In this document: piece by piece, positions 25,062 to 32,000 of the stretch
Layout: each line of letters opens with the position of its first letter
How positions within the stretch are numbered: position 1 is the stretch's first letter
From: Longivirga aurantiaca
GTDB taxonomy: Bacteria > Actinomycetota > Actinomycetes > S36-B12 > CAIYMF01
DNA: 32,000 bases
Assembly (NCBI RefSeq): GCF_042660085.1
Contig: NZ_JBHSTI010000008.1
Coordinates: 1,479,876 to 1,511,875 of the forward strand
Reading direction: 5' to 3'
Notes under the pieces: generated by a model
Told to the model about the DNA's origin: nothing
Database searches by the model: none
The model's input: the letters and a program-made list of their open reading frames with translations, nothing else
Position numbers and translations under genes: made by a program

Positions 25062-25889
25062 TGGATTAACTCGGGCCGGGCCTGGCGATGTGACTACTCG
25101 AGTCGCCCGCGCCTGACGTGCAATGGTCCTCCCGGGTCTGCCACGGTTGCCGCATGAGTGACAGTGACCAGTTCGCGAAAGCGTGGGAGCGCGACGAGAC
25201 CCCGAAGCTGAGCCGGGTGCCGCCGGTTCACCGACCATCGGGCTACCTCCGGTCAACTTCGGATCATCAGGTCAGGCTGACGACATCGTGGAACTCACTA
25301 GGAATGCCCTAAACGAGACGCGACTACAGAACACTTCCCAGCCCAAACACAAGTTCTCGCACTTGATTCTGGTCGCCAGCACGTCGGGTGACCATGAGCG
25401 ACCGGTTCGGGTGCGGGTTGCCTACGTCAACCAGTACGAAGACGAAGACACCACGGCTGCTACTTCGCGTCGCACGGTCACCTGCGCCACAGCTACACAG
25501 ATGTCGCCACCATCGATGTGGTCTCACCAGCGTTCTGGTTGGCGCTTCCCCAATACGCGCAAGTTCATCAAGTGGTCGATTGGAACGTTACGCACTGGTG
25601 GAGGATGCGCATGGCCGTCGCTGCGGAACTTGGCGAAGGCCTCTCGCCATCGAGCCCGGCCCAGGCCGACGCTCTCGGCCTGCCTGGGACCGAACTGGCA
25701 GAAGAGGTCCTCAACGTGCAGTTCGTCTGCCTAGATCCGGATCTGTGCACTGCGGGTTCTGCACATCGACTGTTTCGCCCCCGCCCCCGATCATTGGCCA
25801 CCTAGACGAGCGCCGTGAGCACCGGTACGCGCGGCCATGCCTTTCGGTGTGGAGCAGTTCGGGGCGCATAGATCGAGGCCCGGGCACTG
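25062..25889. other. Low-G+C, frame-fragmented stretch next to the right repeat (probable decayed gene(s))
   Basis: Protein-like runs switch frame: MSDSDQFAKAWERDETPKLSRV (from 25154), then ...DIVELTRNALNETRLQN...VRVRVAYVNQYEDEDTT... (frame of 25183), then ...WLALPQYAQVHQVVDWNVTHWW... (25518..25805). No frame is open for more than about 180 codons, and there are no integrase motifs on either strand. Palindromes are agatccggatct (25733-25744) and tgtgca-N10-tgcaca (25744-25765). Confidence 0.35.
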
Positions 25890-26546
25890 CTACCAGCCGC
25901 GGTCGCGCCACTCGGCGAGGTGGGGCCGCTCGGCGCCGAGGGTCGTGTCCTTGCCGTGGCCCGGGTAGACCCAGGTCTCGTCCGGCAGGACGTCGAAGAG
26001 CTTGCTGACCACGTCTGCGTACAGGCTGTCGAACCGCGACGCGTCGCCCCAGGTGTTGCCCACGCCCCCGGGGAAGAGCGAGTCGCCGGTGAAGACGTGC
26101 GGCGCACCGGTGGGGTCGTCGTACACGAGCGCCACGGAGCCGGGGGTGTGCCCCTTCAGGTGCACCACCCGCAGCCGTGCGTCGCCCACCGCGACGAGGT
26201 CGCCCTCGGCCAGCATGCGCGTGACGGGCACCTCGATGTCGGGGGCGTCGTCGGCGTGGGCGAGGTGCTCCGCCCCGGTGGCGGCGAGCACGTCGGCGAG
26301 CGCCTGCCAGTGGTCCCTATGCCCGTGCGTGGTGACCACGGCGTCGAGGCCGTCCTCGCCGACGAGGTCGAGCAGCGCGGAGGCGTCGGCGGCCGCGTCG
26401 AGCAGCACCTGGCGCCCGGTGGCCGTGCAGCGCAGGAGGTACGCGTTGTTGTCGTACGGCCCGACGGCCAGCTTGCTGATGACGAGGTCACGCAGCTCGC
26501 GCACGGCTGCGGGCCCACCCACGGTGACGTTCCCGGTGTAGCTCAC
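25890..26546 (-). CDS. MBL-fold metallo-hydrolase (Rv1637c-like), 218 aa
   Basis: Trimmed to GTG 26544-26546 (VSYTGNVTVGGPAAV...). It has the HxHxDH motif (VVTTHGHRDHWQ) and HLKGHTPGS. It sits next to uvrA as in mycobacteria. Confidence 0.9.
   Translation of the reverse strand: MSYTGNVTVGGPAAVRELRDLVISKLAVGPYDNNAYLLRCTATGRQVLLDAAADASALLDLVGEDGLDAVVTTHGHRDHWQALADVLAATGAEHLAHADDAPDIEVPVTRMLAEGDLVAVGDARLRVVHLKGHTPGSVALVYDDPTGAPHVFTGDSLFPGGVGNTWGDASRFDSLYADVVSKLFDVLPDETWVYPGHGKDTTLGAERPHLAEWRDRGW
25892..26079. repeat. Direct repeat, right copy (att-like, 188 bp; forms the true 3' end of the MBL hydrolase gene)
   Basis: See 21159..21346. The two copies lie 4733 bp apart. Confidence 0.9.
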
Positions 26547-26598
26547 CCGCCGAACGTACCGAGCGGCCGAGGCCACGTCACGCCGGACGGGACGCGCG

Positions 26599-26922
26599 TC
26601 ACTCGCCCGCGGCGACGATCCAGACCTTGCGCAGCGTCTCGGTGATCTCCCACGACGTGATGTCGCCCGCGTGGAGCACGCCGACGACGCCGGGAGCGAG
26701 GTCGATGCGACCGCCGTTCTGGCAGGTGACCACCCCGCGGCCGGACAGCACCACGAACATCTCGTCGCCGAAGTCGCCGGTCGAGGTGCCGACCTCGTGC
26801 ACCCAGACGCCTGACTCGAGCCCGGCCCCCGCGAAGCCCTCGCCGATACCGGTGGGTGCACTGCCGTCCGCAGGCACGGCCAGGGAGACGTCGACGGCAG
26901 GGGCGAGGAAGCTGCTGATCAT
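26599..26922 (-). CDS. Small cupin-domain protein (107 aa)
   Basis: ATG start. The sequence is beta-rich with VWVHEVGTSTGDFGDEMFVVLSGRGVVTCQNGGRIDLAPGVVGVLHAGD, typical of single-domain cupins. Confidence 0.7.
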   Translation of the reverse strand: MISSFLAPAVDVSLAVPADGSAPTGIGEGFAGAGLESGVWVHEVGTSTGDFGDEMFVVLSGRGVVTCQNGGRIDLAPGVVGVLHAGDITSWEITETLRKVWIVAAGE

Positions 26923-26947
26923 GCGCCAACGCTAGGGGGTGCGTGGT

Positions 26948-27622
26948 TCACCACGCGGGCGGCTCACCGGGGTCCGAGCCGTCGATGCCGCGGACCGACT
27001 CATAGGCGCCTCGGCCGAGGCGCCACGCCACGACCTCGGCGAGGTCGCCCGTCACCGCCGGCGCCGAGCCGCGGCCGTCGAGGAAGTCGACCATCCGCTC
27101 CACGAACGGCTGCGGCCAGTCCGAGGGCTCCAGGCCGGCGTCGAGGTCGAGATGGTGGATCTCGACCTCGCGGAGGCGTGCCCACCCCAGGGTCCAGGCC
27201 GGCACATCGGGGACAGCGCCCGGCGGGGGCGCACCGAACAGCAGCAGCCGCCAGAGCGCCGCGTCGTCGGCGTCGACCAGGCGGGACATGGCTGCAGCGA
27301 GCGCGTCGGCGCTCTCGAGCAGGAGGGTGCGCAGGGCGGCGGAAGGCAGGGCCGCGGCCTCCTCGATCCCGGCGGCGCGCGCCTCGGGCGACGGGTACAT
27401 GGGGGAGGGTCGACCGGTCAGCGCCCAGGCCACGAGGTTGACCATCCCCTCGGCGTTGCGCGCCACATGGGCCACGACGTGGGCGCGCGACCAGCCCGGG
27501 AGCAGGGAGGGCCCGGAGAGGTCCGGATCGGTGAGCCCGTCGACACGCTGCGTGAGCCGGGAGGTGGCCTCGGTTACCTGGACGAGGTCGGCTGCCAGTG
27601 TCTCGTGCGGTGAGGAGGTCAC
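26948..27622 (-). CDS. Maleylpyruvate-isomerase-family (DinB-like, mycothiol-dependent) protein
   Basis: 224 aa, GTG start. The N-terminal DinB/MDMPI pattern is SLLPGWSRAHVVAHVARNAEGMVNLV, and the C-terminal region is like the TIGR03083 class. The call is by eye. Confidence 0.75.
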   Translation of the reverse strand: MTSSPHETLAADLVQVTEATSRLTQRVDGLTDPDLSGPSLLPGWSRAHVVAHVARNAEGMVNLVAWALTGRPSPMYPSPEARAAGIEEAAALPSAALRTLLLESADALAAAMSRLVDADDAALWRLLLFGAPPPGAVPDVPAWTLGWARLREVEIHHLDLDAGLEPSDWPQPFVERMVDFLDGRGSAPAVTGDLAEVVAWRLGRGAYESVRGIDGSDPGEPPAW

Positions 27623-27667
27623 CTGGACGACGCTAGCCGCCTCCCGGCGCCTGCGTGGGAATGTGGC

Positions 27668-27689
27668 CGTCGGAGGTCCTCGTTAGCCT
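27668..27689 (+). promoter_or_regulatory. Weaker RecA-NDp/PafBC-type promoter candidate upstream of uvrA
   Basis: cGTCGGaG-gtcctcgt-TAGCCT matches TGTCRgtg-8nt-TAnnnT at 6 of 8 positions and has a correct -10 pattern and spacing. It lies about 50 nt upstream of GTG 27739. Confidence 0.3.
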
Positions 27690-27738
27690 GACCCCGGACG
27701 CCTGCGTCCGACCGCACCCCCGATGGACAGGATCTCTG

Positions 27739-30675
<2,937 letters not shown>

Positions 30676-30718
30676 CGAGCACGCCGTCGGCACCACGCCC
30701 CACACACGAGGAGATCCG

Positions 30719-31162
30719 ATGACCGACCAGATCGCTCCCACCCGCCGCCAGGTCCTGCTGACCTCCGGCACCGTCGTCGCCGCCGCTGCGGTCACCGCCG
30801 CGTGCGGCAGCAGCGACAGCGGGTCCGGATCCGGGTCCGGGTCCGGGTCCGGATCCGGGTCCTCCGCGCCGCCGGCCGGCGCGACCGTCAAGACCGCCGA
30901 CGTGCCCGTCGGCGGCGGCGCGATCGTCAAGGACGCCAAGGTGGTGGTGACCCAGCCGCAGGAGGGCACCTTCAAGGCGTTCAGCGCCGTCTGCACCCAC
31001 CAGGGCTGTGTCGTGTCGTCCGTGGCCGACGGATCGATCACCTGCGCCTGCCACGGCAGCGTCTTCTCGGCTGCGGACGGCTCCGTCACCCAGGGCCCCG
31101 CGAAGAGCCCCCTCGCCGAGCTCACCGCTACCGTCTCGGGCGACACGATCACCGTCGCATGA
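30719..31162 (+). CDS. Rieske [2Fe-2S] domain protein with Tat signal and probable lipobox
   Basis: ATG 30719 has gaggag upstream. It has a twin-arginine signal (PTRRQVLL), then ...AVTAAC-GSS, a (GS)7 linker and the Rieske motif CTHQGC...CACHGS. Confidence 0.85.
   Translation: MTDQIAPTRRQVLLTSGTVVAAAAVTAACGSSDSGSGSGSGSGSGSGSSAPPAGATVKTADVPVGGGAIVKDAKVVVTQPQEGTFKAFSAVCTHQGCVVSSVADGSITCACHGSVFSAADGSVTQGPAKSPLAELTATVSGDTITVA
30821..30862 (+). repeat. Hexanucleotide microsatellite (GGKTCC)x7 encoding (Gly-Ser)7
   Basis: gggtcc ggatcc gggtcc gggtcc gggtcc ggatcc gggtcc, inside the Rieske lipoprotein linker. Confidence 0.9.
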
Positions 31163-31188
31163 CCCCTGTCCTGGAGGGCTGACCCCGC

Positions 31189-32000
31189 GTGGCCGACCCC
31201 GCGACCTACCGGCCGGCGCCGGGCGAGATCCCAGACTCGCCCGGCGTCTACCGGTTCCGCGACCAGCACGGTCGCGTCGTCTACGTCGGCAAGGCCAAGA
31301 GCCTGCGCAGCCGGCTCGGCTCGTACTTCCAGGACCTCTCCGCACTGCACGTGCGCACGCAGGCCATGGTCACCACCGCGGCCTCGGTCGACTGGGTCAC
31401 CGTCGACACCGAGGTCGAGGCCCTGCAGCTCGAGTACTCCTGGATCAAGGAGTACGACCCCCGCTTCAACGTCCGCTACCGCGACGACAAGAGCTACCCC
31501 TACCTCGCCGTCACGCTCGACGAGGAGTACCCGCGCATCACGGTCATGCGCGGGGCCAAGCGCAAGGGCGTGCGCTACTTCGGCCCCTACGCGCACGCCT
31601 GGGCGATCCGGGAATCGGTCGACCTCCTGCTCCGGGTGTTCCCGGCGCGCACCTGCAGCGCGGGCGTCTTCAAGCGGCACGGTCAGATCGGCCGGCCGTG
31701 CCTGCTCGGCTACATCGGGAAGTGCTCGGCGCCCTGCGTCGGCCGGGTGGACGCCGCCGAGCACCGCCGCATCGTCGAGGACTTCTGCTCGTTCCTCTCC
31801 GGCCAGACCACGGCGTACACCAAGCGGGTCGAGCGCGAGATGAAGGCGGCCGCAGCCGAGCTCGACTACGAGCGCGCTGCGCGCCTGCGCGACGACCTCC
31901 GCGCCCTCGAACGTGCGCTGGAGAAGAACGCCGTCGTCCTCGGCGACGGCACCGACGCCGACGTCATCGGCCTCGTCGACGACGAGCTCGAGGCCGCCGT
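31189..32000 (+). CDS. uvrC: Excinuclease ABC subunit C (N-terminal 270 codons; continues beyond window)
   Basis: GTG 31189 has ggaggg upstream. The GIY-YIG domain is [30 protein letters not shown]...[19 protein letters not shown], and the UVR motif is [17 protein letters not shown]. It is absent from the ORF track because there is no stop in the window. Confidence 0.95.
   Translation, partial: MADPATYRPAPGEIPDSPGVYRFRDQHGRVVYVGKAKSLRSRLGSYFQDLSALHVRTQAMVTTAASVDWVTVDTEVEALQLEYSWIKEYDPRFNVRYRDDKSYPYLAVTLDEEYPRITVMRGAKRKGVRYFGPYAHAWAIRESVDLLLRVFPARTCSAGVFKRHGQIGRPCLLGYIGKCSAPCVGRVDAAEHRRIVEDFCSFLSGQTTAYTKRVEREMKAAAAELDYERAARLRDDLRALERALEKNAVVLGDGTDADVIGLVDDELEAA

Larger units (their letters stand above)
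21159..26079. mobile_element. Degenerate integrated phage-like element / genomic islet at the 3' end of the MBL hydrolase gene
   Basis: The evidence is the 188-bp flanking direct repeats duplicating a gene 3' end, visibly lower G+C, a terminase-small-like fragment, a tail-fibre/collagen-like gene and a frameshifted excisionase-like HTH. No recognisable integrase is present. Confidence 0.6.

Overview
This is a 32-kb segment of a high-G+C actinobacterial chromosome; the organism cannot be named from the sequence alone. All product calls come from reading motifs by eye, with no searches run. I saw no rRNA, tRNA or CRISPR array. The window has three blocks. (i) 0.4-13.9 kb is a cell-envelope glycan cluster. 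It holds an AraC-type regulator, a Wzx-like flippase, a 589-aa polytopic GT-C-like membrane protein and a DUF2613-like mini-protein. It also holds a 1357-aa AftD-like arabinofuranosyltransferase homologue with discoidin-type domains, a GT4 glycosyltransferase, four class-I SAM methyltransferases and a DUF3068-like membrane protein. (ii) A conserved housekeeping and repair backbone runs rpsA-coaE-uvrB ... MBL hydrolase-cupin-DinB/MDMPI ... uvrA-Rieske lipoprotein-uvrC. As I recall, this is the same order as M. tuberculosis Rv1630-Rv1638. Two tandem TerC paralogues follow uvrB. (iii) The most unusual part is 21.16-26.08 kb, a ~4.7-kb insertion of visibly lower G+C. It is bounded by 188-bp direct repeats (4 mismatches) that duplicate the 3' end of the MBL-hydrolase gene. 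It carries a terminase-small-like fragment that starts exactly at the junction, coupled small ORFs, and an intact collagen-repeat/tail-fibre-like secreted protein. It also carries an intact Cys-rich lipoprotein, a frameshift-scrambled excisionase-like HTH, and two paralogous 58-59-aa ORFs below the ORF-track cutoff. A decayed low-G+C stretch sits where an integrase would be expected. I read this as a degenerate integrated phage-like element with some cargo retained. Other points: an 18-bp tandem array starts on the uvrB stop codon, upstream of TerC. A PafBC/RecA-NDp-type promoter is placed to give a leaderless uvrB mRNA. A (GS)7 hexanucleotide tract lies in the Rieske lipoprotein. Many of the longest ORFs in the supplied track are antisense or alternate-frame artefacts typical of high-G+C DNA.
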